64,000 nucleotides of DNA. It comes from Lama glama (taxonomy: Eukaryota). Below the pieces are notes generated by a model that was not told the origin of the DNA, did no database searches, and saw only the letters and a program-made list of their open reading frames with translations. This document shows positions 10,977 to 23,770 of this stretch, in pieces. Position 1 is the first letter of the stretch. Every line of letters begins with the position of its first letter. Where the stretch lies: the NCBI GenBank assembly GCA_028534125.1, contig CM052816.1:65164001-65228000 (forward strand). Direction: 5' to 3'. Position numbers and translations under genes: made by a program.

Positions 10977-13632
10977 CTTTTTTCCTTTTTTTCACTGAAA
11001 TATAATTGACTCACAATATTATATAGTTTAAGGTGTACGACATAGTGACTTGATATTTTTATACATACAAAATGATCACCGCAATAAGTCTAGTTACCAT
11101 CTGTCACCATGCAGAGTTATTATAATATATTTGACTATGTTCCTTATGCTGTATATTACATCCTCATGACTTATTTATTATATTATAACTGGGAGTTGGT
11201 ACCTCTTACTTTCCCTCACATATTTCACTCCTTCCCTCTGGCAGCTGACTGTCCTCTGTATCAGTGAGTCTGTTTTGTTACATTTGTTCATTTATTTTAT
11301 TTTTAGATTCCACATGTAAGTGAAATCATTAAGTTTTTGTCTTTCTCTGTCTTATTTCACTAAGCAAAATACTCTCTAGGGCCATCTGTATTTTTGCAAA
11401 TGGCAATATTTCATTCCTTCTTGTGACTGAGTAATATTCCATTGTGTATATATATATACCACAGCTTCTTTATTCATTAATCTGTTAACCTAAGCAACAC
11501 AGGTTGCTTCCATATCTTGACGCTATGTATCTTTTTGAATTAATGTTTTTGTTTTCGTCAGAAAATTACCCAGAAGTAGAACTGCTAGACTATATGGTAG
11601 TTCCGATTTTAAGTTTTAGAGAAACCTCCATAATGTTTTCCGCAGTGATTATATCAATTTATGTTCCCGCCAACAGTGCATGAAAGTTCTCTTTTCTCCA
11701 TATCCTTGCCAAACTTTTTGATAACAAACTTGTTATTTGTTATCAAAAAGATAACAAATATTCTGACAGGTGTGAGATAATATCTCACTGTGATTTTGAC
11801 TTGCATTTGCCTGATGATTAGTGATGTTCAACATCTTCTCATGTGCCTGTTGTATGTCTTCATAGGGAAAATGTCTGTTCAATTCCTTTGCCCATTTTTA
11901 AATCAGGTTGTTCGTTTTTATGCTGTTGAGTTGTATGAGTTCTTTGTATATTTTGGAATATGAGATATATCATTTTCAAGTATCTTCTCTCATTCAGTAA
12001 GGGGCCTTTTCATCTTGTTGATAGTTTCCTTTACTGTGCAAAAGCTTCTTATTTTGATGTAGTTGCATTTGTTTATTTTTGCTTTTGTTTCCCTTGTCAT
12101 AGATCATACTATGACAAAGAGCATACTGCTTATGCTGTCTTCTAGGAGTCTTATGGTTTCAGGTCCTACATTAATGTCCTTAATTCATTTTGAGTTTATT
12201 TTTGTATATGGTGTGATAAAGTAGTCCAGTTTGATTCTTTAACATGCAGCTATCCAGTTTTCCAAACACCATTTATTGAAGAGATTGTCTTTTCCCCATT
12301 GTATATTCTTGCCTCCTTTGTCATAGAATAATTGGCTTTATAAATGTGGGTTTATTTCTGATTTCTCTATTCTACTTCATTGCTTTATATGTCTGTTTTT
12401 GTGCCAGTATTATACTGTTTTTATCATTTAATTAATTAATATTGAGGTATAATCGATTTAAAGCATTGTATTAGTTTCAGGGTACAGCAAAGTTATTCAG
12501 TTATACATATATATGTATAGAACTATATTATTCCTTTCTATTATTTTCCATTATAGTTTATTATAAGATATTGAATATAGTTCCCCTGTGCTATACAATA
12601 AAACCTTGTTATTTATTTTATACATGATATTGTGCATCTGTTAATCCCATACTCCCAATTTATCCCTCCCCCACCCTTCCCCCTTTGGTAACCATAAGTT
12701 TGTTTTCTGTCTGTGAGTCTGTTTTTGTTTTGTAAATAAGTTCACTTGTACTATTTTTTTTTAGATTCCACATATAAATGATATCATGTATTTGTCTTTC
12801 TCTGTCTGACTTACTTCACTTAGTGTGATACTCTCTAGGTCCATCCACGTTGCTGTAAATTCCATTATTTCATTCTTTTTATGGCTGAGTAATATTCCAT
12901 TGTAGATGTGTATACCACATCTTTATCCATTCATCTGCTGATGAACATTTAGGTTGCCTCCATATCTTGGCTATTGCAGATAGTGCTGCTATGAATGTTG
13001 AGGTGCATGTATCTTTTCGAATTAGAGCTTTTTTCTTTTCCAGATATATGCTCAGGAGTATCATTGCTGCATCATATGGTAACTCTATTTTTATACTATT
13101 TTGACTACTCTAGCTTTGTGGTATAGTTTGAAATAAGGGAATGTGATACTTACAGATTTATTTTTCTTTTTTAAGATCTATTTGAGATCTTTGTGTTTCC
13201 ATGCAAATTTTAGAATTATTTGTCTAGTTTTGTGAAAAATGTCATTGGTATTTTGATAGGAATTGCATTGAATGTGTAGATTGCCTTGGGTAGTATCATC
13301 ATTTTAACAATATCAAGTTTCCAATCCATAAGTATGATATATCTTTCCATTTCTTAATGTCATCTTCAATTTCTTTCATCAATGTCTTATGGTTTTCCGA
13401 GTACATGTATTTTACTTTCTCAGTTAGATTTATTCCTAGGTATTTTATTCTATTTGATGTGATTATAAATGAGATTGTTTCCTTAATTTCTTCTTCTGAT
13501 GGTTTGTTTTTAGTGCATAGAAACACAACAGACTTTTGAGCACTAATTTTGTATCCTGCAAATTTACTTCATTCATTAGTTCTAGTAGTATTTTTAGGTG
13601 ATATCTTTAGGTTTCTCTCTATATACTATCAT
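10977..13632 (-). mobile_element. 5'-truncated LINE-1 (3' UTR plus ORF2 C-terminal remnant), interrupted by a nested L1
   Basis: Poly-T then L1MA-type 3' UTR (TTTTAGATTCCACATGTAAGTGAAATCAT); minus ORF 13299-13526 gives IKYLGINLTEKVK...[15 protein letters not shown], which is L1 ORF2. Confidence 0.92.
12422..13090 (-). mobile_element. Nested 5'-truncated LINE-1 3' end
   Basis: Second L1 3' UTR plus ORF2 C-terminus (KDTCTSTFIAALSAIAKIWRQPKC...DEWIKMWY); TSD TTATACTGTTTT 12410-12421 / TTATACTATTTT 13091-13102. Confidence 0.92.
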
Positions 13633-13757
13633 AATTATAATTAAATTTACCACTTGTTTATAATGAGGGAAGAAAATATGTACCTTAGTTCAAAATCCAA
13701 CATGTAAATTCTTTCTGGAATAGGATGACATATAAGTAAATAAATAATTTAAAGACA

Positions 13758-13885
13758 TTTAAAAAATAGACTTTATTTTAGAGCATTTTTGGGTTCACAT
13801 CAAAATTGAGAAGAAGGTACAGAGATTTTCCATATACCCATATACCCACTGTCCCCTCATGCATAGTCTCCCCCATTATCAACAT
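13758..13885 (-). mobile_element. L1MC-type 3' end fragment
   Basis: TTTTAGAGCATTTTTGGGTTCACATCAAAATTGAGAAGAAGGTACAGAGATTTTCCATATACCC. Confidence 0.75.
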
Positions 13886-14013
13886 TATAGAAATTTGGCA
13901 TCTATAGAAACATCCTGTTGTAGCCAGCCTCCCAAATGGCCTCCAGTGAGCCTCATCTCCTGGTATTCTCACATTTATATTATCCCTCTTCACATTGTAC
14001 CAGGGTTAATCTC
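13882..14013 (+). repeat. Dispersed duplicate of 795-892 (unique flank plus MLT1F 5' end)
   Basis: 59/66 identity between 795-860 and 13882-13947; second block 862-892 vs 13982-14013. Confidence 0.85.
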
Positions 14014-15199
14014 CACTCTCAGTAGAACTTGCCTTGTAATTTTTAGTAACTTTGTTCTCACCAGTACTGTTCTACTATATGCCTGCCAGTATTTGGTAAT
14101 CTCTCAGGTAGGAATACATTTCAGTCAGCAATACACACCATCCTGTTATGTGCACTCTAGGTTTAGGACAAAGAAGGTTATTGCATTGTTTTGTTTTAGA
14201 GACCTTATTTCTAGTTACATTATAATTATCTGTATGACACAATAAAGGAAAGTTGAGACCAAAGATTTTATATGAATATAAGAGTCTGTTTGGGACAAGA
14301 TTGCTAAATGGCTACAGTTAATACAAAAACTCTAATGGCTGATACCAAGTCTTTCCATTCATAACCCTTGGAAAAGCTTGACCTCATGTCTGTTATTTTG
14401 CATTTTTTGGAGGGGAAGACTTGAGGGCAGGTCTGGTTTCATTCAACCTGTGCATTCACAATAGGCCCCACATTTAGATGGGCCCTGTAAATTATGTAAC
14501 TGGTCCTAGGTGAAAGAGAAGTACAAAGCAGAGTACAATAGTCAGATGACTGACTCGGTATGTAAATTGAAGCCTGAAAAGTGCTGAGAACCAGGGAAAA
14601 TCTCAGTCATGTTAGTGATGCTTTCTCTCACGCATTCAACATTTTTTTTTCCCTGTCTGTTTTTGATTTCTAGAACTTTTCAGGTTCCATCACTGTGTCA
14701 TTATTGGCTCTTTCTTCCCCCATCCAGAGACTTAAAACAGAAGTTCTGATTAAGCATATGCAGTATCCAGAGATTCTCCAGTATCTTTGCCAAGCTTTCA
14801 TATGAGCATTTGCATACTGTTATATATAAATATGTATTTTAAGTGAATTTTTGTACATTTCTAAGCAAAGAGTATATAATTTAAAAATCTGCCATTTTCT
14901 TTTCAATTTGAGATAAATACATTTTTGCTTAATTACTATTCAAATCACTGTAGCACAAATATTGATGACAAAATTAGAGCTTGCTTTTTAAGTAACTATC
15001 AGTCAAAGGAATAAAATGAAATTTCGTTTTCCTCTTCTAGTAAGAGTGTAGCTTAACCGTAATTTACTTTGAAAAAGTATACTGTTTTCCAGAAAAAGAC
15101 AACTTTAAATTATTTGACACATTCAGATTTAAGAAAATGCTTAGTAGCAAATTAACTGTCAAAAGAGATAATATCAGCTTAGATAGGTTGACAGTGGTA

Positions 15200-15760
15200 A
15201 AGATAAAGAGAGAAGGATGGCTTCGACCAATAACTGGAAGGTAAAATTGACAAGTCTTTGTGATAGAATGCTTATAGCAATGAAGAGAGGGGGTAAAGAT
15301 AAATAATTGGATGAAGGTTGATATTTATAGTTATAAGGTCCCTAGGAGGAAAATATAGCCTAGTGAGCAGGCCGTGAGAGGTCACCATGGCTTCAATTTT
15401 GGGTAAGTTGGATATGAAGTAGGAAATCTCAATGGGAGATATTGACAAAGCAGTAGCACATACAGGTTTGAACCCCGAGAGAGCAAATATACATACATAC
15501 ATAAGTTAGTGAGTATTAAATGTTTAAGTGATTACTGAAATAAGAGGCATGGAAAGTACCGGGTAAGAAAGAAAACAGGGGCTCTAGAATCAAGTTTGAA
15601 GAACTCCCAACACTTAGCCAAGTAGAAGTTGAAAGGGAGAGATAAAAGGAGAACCCAGAGATGAAAAAAGGAAAAGAGGAGATAGTTTTATAAATGACAC
15701 CAAGGAAGACATGCTATGAGAACACAGAGGGATGGAGAGACTACATCTGACTAGCAAGAC
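15200..15760 (-). mobile_element. L2 LINE fragment
   Basis: Degenerate purine-rich antisense L2 (GGGAGATATTGACAAAGCAG...GAAGAACTCCCAACACTTAG). Confidence 0.55.
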
Positions 15761-15866
15761 TGGGAAAGGCCCCACTTATTATCTGGCAGTTGAAAAAGAT
15801 CTAGAATAACACACATTATACCCCTGAGATTGGAATAACTTACCCAAAACTATAACCCTGAGTCAA

Positions 15867-15966
15867 NNNNNNNNNNNNNNNNNNNNNNNNNNNNNNNNNN
15901 NNNNNNNNNNNNNNNNNNNNNNNNNNNNNNNNNNNNNNNNNNNNNNNNNNNNNNNNNNNNNNNNNN
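15867..15966. other. Assembly gap (100 N)
   Basis: Run of N. Confidence 1.
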
Positions 15967-17569
15967 CTATATACTTCTTTCACTGTGCTTAGATATTTTA
16001 CTCATATGTATGTGATTAAATGGTTAATATCTCTTTCATTTACTGAAAAGTATTTATTTACTCATCATCTTATCAGCAGTGCCTAGAACAATGTCTGTAG
16101 CCAATAAACATGTATTTTTTTCAACAGCTCCTCCTTTTTGAATTCCCACCCCACTCTATCATCTAGCACAGAGCAAGTCTACTATAAATAAATACTAAAT
16201 TGAATTCAATGTTTATGGCTAGCATTTAAATGTATTCATTTGATTACATCCCTCACAAAATGGCCTTATTGGCCAGCCTGGTTTGATTCTTAATCAAGAA
16301 TGCAAGAATGCCATTTTGTTTCATACACATAAAGTTGCCATTTAGAAGCAGAGTTTTTACTGATACATAGAGACTGTCTTGAAGATATCAAGTTAATTTG
16401 TTCCTATTTCATTTCTTTAACCATCTATTTCTAAAGGAACAAGGTTTTGATAGAAGTAGTGAATACTCAGATTAGATATTTGTGTAATAAAAATTCTATG
16501 TAGTTTTTAGTGCTTACTGTTAAAAATAAGACAAGTATTAACAGAATAGAAGCAAAATCTTTTCTGTTTGGTTATTTAGGGTATTGTTTTGGCATCTATA
16601 ACTTGTATTACTGACTTCAGGCTTGAATTTGGTTTTTATTTTTCAAAGTAAGCTTAATTTGGGATAGTAAGTTATAAACTTTTTATAGCAAACCCCAGGG
16701 TGTCTACATGATCTTACAGATGCAATTCACTATTTGAATCAAATGTTGAATATGTGTTACAGTTGAAGCTGTGCTTGATGCTTTATTAACTTGGACACCT
16801 AATCTTCTGAAACTGATGAAGGAAAAATGATAATTAAAGGCCCCCTTAACTCAAAAGCACCATACCTCCAATTATCTCTCTTTCTCAGCTATTGCTTCTC
16901 TCAGGCTAGGATCTTTACTATATTAAAGGAGACTTCTAACTCAAAATAGGGAAAAAAAGCCCTTATTTTCTTATTTAGGAGGCTGGTTTTTGACACTCAA
17001 TTCTGAGCACTTATATTTGACACTTTACCATAAATAAAATACTGTTTTACATTTGGGCATTGACAGGAAAGCCAAGATAAGGAATGCACTGTAGGGGATA
17101 AACTAGATAATTCATTAATTCAACAAATATGTTTTGATTCCCACTATGTAAGGAAAATTCTTCTAAATACTGGAATATATATCAGTGTGAGAAGATAGTT
17201 TCTGTTCTCACAAGGCTTCAATTCTCAAAAGTAGGTAAGAGACTAGATGGATGTAGATATAGACATAAATACAGATGCATCTCTACCTGTATCTATCTAA
17301 TTATGTGTGTGGAACCCCAAGAAGGCAGTTTAGGCTAGGATAGAGAAAGATAAGAAAATAGTTATGAAAGATTAGGTCAGAGAGATCAGATAGGACTGAA
17401 TAGTCACTGTAGGGGATTTAACTTTTACTATGAGACAGATGGAATACCATTAGAAGGTATTGTCCAGAGGAAGGACACAGTCTCCCTATAAGATTTATTG
17501 GCATCACACTGTACATTGTTTTGAGAATAGAAAATAGCAGTGAAAATGCAAAGAAGACCTATTAGAAAA

Positions 17570-17985
17570 TATCTTAGGTTAGGTTCCTAGAGGCAGAGCC
17601 TGAGATGGAGATTATTGTGGAAGTGATTTATTATGGTAGTGCTCTTAGGATAAATCTATTAAGAAGTGAGGGCAGCCAGATAAGTCATGGTGAAAAGCTA
17701 AGCAAAAATGTAGTTTCATGTGAACTCAGCCTTAGCCTAATCCAAACCAGAAGGAGGTCTCATCTGGAGAGGGAATCTCTGGAATATGAGTGGTACCACA
17801 AAATTGTTCCACCTTTAGATAAGGGGTCAGATTTTGTATCCCTGTATCAGTAGATTATTGTGTCTTCCAAATACGATTCTCTGGGGATGCAGCTATGAGC
17901 TGTTTAGCAATCAGTACTCAACGATATTTGGGATATGAGTGCACCTGCCCAGAGATCTGGACAGAGTACCAATAGCCTCTATATA
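17570..17985 (-). mobile_element. ERVL LTR (LTR16-like) inserted in L2
   Basis: TATCTTAGGTTAGGTTCCTAGAGGCAGAGCCTGAGA is the reverse complement of an LTR16-type 3' end; L2 resumes after ~17985. Confidence 0.7.
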
Positions 17986-18809
17986 GAAGAAAAATGCTTT
18001 ATTCCAGTTGGGAGATAATAATGGCTTGGACTAGGGTGATAGTTGTGTTTTTAGTAAAACAGACAAGATGTATATATATTTTGATGGTAAAGCTGACAAT
18101 ATTGGCTGATAGATTGATGTCAGTTGCCAGAAAGAAGCCAGAGATTTCTATATGAATTTGGATCTGAGAAACTGTACAGTTTCTATTTACTGAGATGGAA
18201 AGGGGGAGATTAGGATTTCCATGTTAAATTTGGCATATGTATTCAGACATATTAGTGGAAAAGTTGGAAAGACAATTGGTTACATGAGTCTGGAGTTCAG
18301 GTCTGGTTTACAAATATAATTTTGAGTTTTGATTATTTTAAGGTTAAGGAGTTGCTGTAGATAAACAAGGGAAGCCAATCCAAAGTACTGAAGCTGGGGA
18401 CCTGAGAAGGATACAGGAATGGATATTGAGAAGGAGCAGCTAGCAAGGCAGGAAGACAATTTAGAGTGAGGGAAGTTTGGGAGGTCAAATGAAGACGACA
18501 GTGATTTAAAAAGGAAGGAGTGATTAATTGCTGAATGTTGCTTATTACCTGAGTAACAACTGGGGATTGACTAATGAATTTAGCGTTGAGGAGGTCTTGT
18601 ATGACCTTGACAAGAGCTGTTTCAGTGGAGTGCTGAGGATAAAAGCATGGTTGGAATGGATTCAATAACAAGTGGAAGGACCAGAAGTGAAGATCACGAG
18701 CTTGGACAACTCTTCTGAGAAGTCTTGCTCTAAAGAAGGCAGAGAATTGAGACAGGTGGTAGGTGAGACATAAATGAAGTATATTCTAGTGGAGTTTTAT
18801 TTTGATGGG

Positions 18810-18863
18810 AATAATCTAGAGAAGGTGGAATAATCCAGAGAAGGTGGGCTAATCCAGAGAAGG
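18810..18863. repeat. 19-bp tandem repeat, about 3 copies
   Basis: AATAATCTAGAGAAGGTGG / AATAATCCAGAGAAGGTGG / GCTAATCCAGAGAAGG. Confidence 0.9.
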
Positions 18864-20393
18864 AAAAATTAGTGCTGCAAGATAGAGGGTAATAACTGAG
18901 CAGGTGAAAAGGAGAGGGATTTGATACATAAATGGAGGGCTTAGTAAATGTGATGCAGGAAGCAGAGGGAGATTATTTTCTATTTTTCTATTTTTTTCAA
19001 TGAAATAGTAATCAAATTATCAACTGAACATGAGGATAGTGAAGAAACTGTTGAAAGCTTGAAGAGAGTGTGAAATAATTGTGAGTAGGAGAATGAATGA
19101 ACTAGGAAAATGTAGTAAGATTTCTGGACATCTCTGAGGGCTTAAATGTTGTAGGAAATAATCTCAGAAAGTCCTGAGTACTTGGTAAGTTGAGGTTGTG
19201 GGGTAAGCATTATATTAAAACAATCACAAATAGTATGAAAAAACCCCCCATATATCAAATTGGCTATATCACATTATTGAAATATTACATGCATTAGAAT
19301 GTTTTTAAAAAGATCATGGGGCCAGTCAGGCCCAGTAATCTGATTATAAGGCTCAGTGCATTGTTCAAAATTTTGATAAACATATTGCATCACTATGGGA
19401 ATTTGAGAATCTGACCATTTGCTTTGGGATGTTAAATGACAATGTTTTAGTTTTATCTTTTAGTTTTTAAAATGAAAGATGACAATACTATTACTTTGTT
19501 GTGGGCACACTATTTAATATCTTTGGAATGTTTCAGGATTTTTCCTTAATCAAATTTTATTTTGTGGTAAAATTCTGATGCTGATAAAGTAGCTTCAGAG
19601 AGAAAATCAGAAATGTCACATGGGACTGGAAATCAGTTTTCTCCCCTGCCATTTACTGTGTTTATCTAAGAAAAACATGGACAATCTCCTCGTGTGTCTA
19701 ATGCCTGTTCCTTCTCTTCCATAGTGACTGAACATCAAGTGACACTTTGACACTGAGATGATTCTATGAGTTGGAAATACTTCCTTTCAAATTAACATTT
19801 CTTGAGCACTTTCCTGCCTTCCCTGGCTGGGCCTTTTAAATGCATCTTATTCCTCATCCCTCAAAAGTGGGTGGAAATAATAACTAGACAATCCAGCTAG
19901 TTTTATGCTGTGGGGAGGTGTAGGAGTAGAGCTTCCAGCTGACAGGCATGCAGACCATAATGCCTAGTCAGAGCCATGATGCTCTCTGGGCAGCTGGTCA
20001 ACATTATGGGCCCAGCCAGATCTCTGAGACCCAGCTGCCTACCTGGCCAAGACTGCCAGTGAGAGTGAAGACTCCTCCCTCTCCACGTGTCCTCGGCAGA
20101 AGAGTGACTGGAAAGAGCAGCCCTCTTTAGTAGCACATGGGTCTGGTGCTTACAGGCCACTCATTGTCTGCACCTCCTTTTGGTTCTGAGGATCAGTCCT
20201 TGCATTGCTAGCCCTTTTGTGCAGCAGACTGGCTCCTGGGCCCTGCCCTCTTGGCAGATGAGCCTCCTCACTTTGTGAGTCCAGGGCCAATGTCCTCCAT
20301 AGGTACCTGAAATTTATAGATATTAACTCCTATGTGGAATTACTCAGACACACCACTTCTCTTGTTGGTGCAATAATGCCCCTCATTAAGTAC

Positions 20394-20465
20394 AGTCGGT
20401 TCTGCTTTAATGTTTGTTTTGAAAATATGAACTTGTGTTAGGACGTATTAGGGAACAATTTGGCG
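20394..20465. mobile_element. TcMar-Tigger-like DNA transposon terminus
   Basis: TA followed by CAGTCGGTTCTGCTTTAATGTTTGTTTTGAAAA...TATTAGGGAACAATTTG. Confidence 0.5.
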
Positions 20466-20934
20466 AACAGCTAAAGAGTGAGAGTAAATAATTTTAACGA
20501 CCCTACAGTATGCACCACCACGGGTATACATAGCAAAGTTATTTTCTTTAAGAAGATGAAGAGTGTCTGGGATCATACATTATTCTTTTATACCCAGAAA
20601 TAATACTTGTCATAATTAATTTAATGCCACTAAACAGAGTCTGCCTAAAGGTTCTGTTTTTAGCTTCTGACCAAAGTTTCTCATATTCTCTCTCTTTACG
20701 TCTTTTCTCAAGGTGAGCTCATATGAATCTTCGGCTTTGAGTCCCATTTATATGTTGATAACACCCAAATCTCTCTGTATGTGACCAAAGACCAAACTTT
20801 TTCCAAGTCACAAGTTTTGATTTACATCTGAATGCACTCTAAGTATTCAAACTTCTTAAATATGAAATTAAGTTTAGTATTTCTCATGCTCACTTACACT
20901 TTTGCGTGTGTCTGTGTATGAATATATCACATAT

Positions 20935-23770
20935 CCTTCTGCTGTATTTGGGCTTTGTTCTTCTTTTCCTAATTTCTTAGATGGTAGGTTAGGTTGTTTA
21001 TTTGAGATTTTTTTTGTTCCTTAAGGAAGGCCTCTATTGCTGTAAACTTCCCTGTTAGAACTGCTTTTGCTGCATCACATAGATTTTGGTGAGTTGTGTT
21101 TCCATTTTCATTTGTCTCGAGGTATTATTCTGATTTCCGCTCTGATTTCTTCATTGACTCATTGGGTTTTTTTAGTGGCATGTTGTTTAGTCACTATGTG
21201 TTTGTACTTTTCACATTTTTCTTTCTGTAATTGATTTCTAGTTTCATATGGTTGTGATCAGAAAAATGCTATATGTAATTTCTATCCTCTTGAATTTGTT
21301 GTGACTTGTTTTATGGTCGAGCATGTTTAAGTTGAAACATTCTAAAAGATCTACAATTTTACTCCCCTCCATATTTTATGTTTTTGACGTCATATTTTAC
21401 ATCTTCTTGTTTATCTTTTAACTGTTTATTGTAGTCATATTTGCTTTTACATTTTTTGTCTTTTAATCTTCATATTGGCTTATTTAAATTGTTGATTCTC
21501 AGTCCTTAATGCCTCAGTGCCTTTCCTACTGGGCTTTTCCCTTTTCTATAGATTCTCAATTCTTTTCCATTTTGGTAAAACACTGTAACATTTCTTTTAT
21601 GGTAGATATAGTATTGATGAATTTTTTTAGTTTTTGCTTCTGAGAAGTTCTTAATCTCTCCATGTCTAGGTGATAATCTTGCTGGGAAGAGTGTCTTAGG
21701 TTGCAGTGAGAGTGAAGTGGTTTCCCTTTCAGCACTTTGAATAATACATCATGCTTCTCCTTTCTGGCCTTCACAATTTCTGCAGAAAAATTAGCTGATA
21801 GCCTTATGGGGATTTCCTTGTATGTGACTCTTGTTTTTTTTCTTGCTGCCTTTAGAATTCTCTCTTTAACTTTTGCCGTTTCTTTATTGTATGGTGTGGA
21901 TCTGTTTGGCTTTATCTTGCTTAGGACCCTCTGTGCTTACTACACCTAGATATCTGTTTCCTTCTTCAGGTTTGGGAAGTTTCCAGCCATAATTTCCTCA
22001 TGTACATGTTCAATACCCTTCTCTCTCTGCCTTCTGGGACCCGTAATGCAAATGTTGGTATGCTTTTTATGAATTGATAGATCTCTTAAATTGCTTTTAG
22101 TTTTTTAAATTGTTCCGGTTTCGTGATTTCCTTTATTCTCTCTTCCAGATCACTTATGCATTCTTCTGTATCACTTAGTTTGCTACTCATTCCTTCTAGT
22201 ATGTTTTTTACTTCAGCTAATGAATTCTTCACTTCTGGTTGGGTCTGTTTTATTTTCTATTTCATTGTTAAAATTTTCACTTTGTTTATCTATTGTTTTC
22301 CCTAATTCAATTAATGTTTTTATTACCAATGTTTCAAATTCTTTTTCTGGTAAATTGTTTGTTTCTGTTTTATAATTTATTTTTTCAGGGAGTTTCTTTC
22401 TCAGTTTTTCAACTGAGAGCAGTTCCTCTGCCTTTTCATTTTGCTTAACTTTCTCTGCCTCTAGAAAATTAGGTGAAACGGTTACCTGTTGCCGTCTCAA
22501 AGGGGTGTTCTTATGTGCGAGCATCCCTGTAGAGACTGCGTGTGCCCAATGCCTTTTATGGGAGAGTTGGATTTGACATGGATACAATTCACATCTTTCC
22601 TCAGGATGTGCTGGCTGCTATCACTGTGGTAGTGGGTGGGGCTGGAGATGGAGGGGCTAGAGCTAGGGTATGATGTGGGACTTTCTCTCTGCTCAGTGAC
22701 TGTCAATGCCTTATCAGAGGCAGAAGCCCTGTGGGTCAGGCCAACCTGGCTATTTTCCCTTGAAGTATATATTTTCCCCCTCTCCCAGTATTGAGACCCT
22801 TTCCCCAGAGGTGGGGAGTGCTGAAGCAAGGGGGTCCTGTGTGGGCTCTTGGCTCATATTGATCACAGAGGTCTGAGTTGTCTCTGATGCACTGCCTTTG
22901 TAACTACCCACAGTTGTTTCCCTTGCTCTGCTCAGACACAGCCTTGGGTGGAAGTGCCCTTTGTCCCTCACAGCCGATCACTGTCCCCAGTATCCACCTC
23001 CCCACTCTTTTGTGGGGAGGCAGTGCCCTAGGGCAGGCAGTGCCCATTTTGTCTCTTGGCGTATACTGGGCATGAGGTGTGGTGGAGCATCTGCCATCAG
23101 CTTTCTTTGCTGCTTTTGATGTGCTGCTTGGGTGAGCACCAACAATAGCTGCTACTGACCCACTCAGGCTCCACCCTGGGACTGGGTTGCCTCTGCATCC
23201 CGTGGCTGAGTTTTCTCCCTAGTCGTGGCCTCCCTTGATCCAGTGTCATGCTCTGATATGGAGTGAGCAGGTCTGGAACATCTGCTTGGCTCAAGCTTAG
23301 GTGCATGCTGAGACATGGGAAGCCTGGCAGCTGCTAGAGGGGTCCTCTCTTGGCCCTTTCTGCCCTGCCTCAGGGGCAAGGCAGCATACATGTTCTCCTC
23401 ATGAGCAAAGTCCAGGCTTCCACAGCCCTCCTGTTATTCCCAGCAGACCTCCAACCAGCCAGACCAGTTCATCTCCCCTGTGTAGGACCCCAGGACTGGG
23501 GTACCAACCTATGGCTCTCACTACTCTCTCGCCTGGAGGGTCTCAACCTGTGTATTCTCCTTTTCCTCTGAGTCCCCTTTCAGGGGCACAGGTCCCAACC
23601 TGATTGCTTTTCTTCCCTTCCTACTCAGTTATGTGTGGATCTCAGCCTTGAATGTACAGGAGTCTGCCAATTTCCAGTTAGTTTTCTGTGAGAATTGTTT
23701 CACATGTAGATGTATTTTTGACATGTAAGTTCTACATCCTCTTATTCCATCATCTTGATTGATTTCCCCC
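20935..23770 (-). mobile_element. LINE-1 5' portion (5' UTR, decayed ORF1, spacer, ORF2 fragment); 3' end absent
   Basis: Minus strand begins GGGGGAAATCAATCAAGATGATGGAATA; GC-rich UTR; ORF1-like NNLPEKEFETLVIKTLIELGK and MKARKEKHDVLFKVLK; ORF2 endonuclease-region DNA at 20935-21325. Confidence 0.88.

Larger units (their letters stand above)
17105..19140 (-). mobile_element. Long L2 LINE remnant split by an LTR
   Basis: Starts ATTCATTAATTCAACAAATATG; minus ORF 18333-18671 contains STETALVKVIQDLL, an L2/CR1 RT motif. Confidence 0.85.

Noticed and set aside
22213..22587. 124-aa L1 ORF1-like ORF as a possible domesticated gene
   Set aside because: Neighbouring ORF1 sequence is frameshifted and interrupted by stops, consistent with neutral decay.
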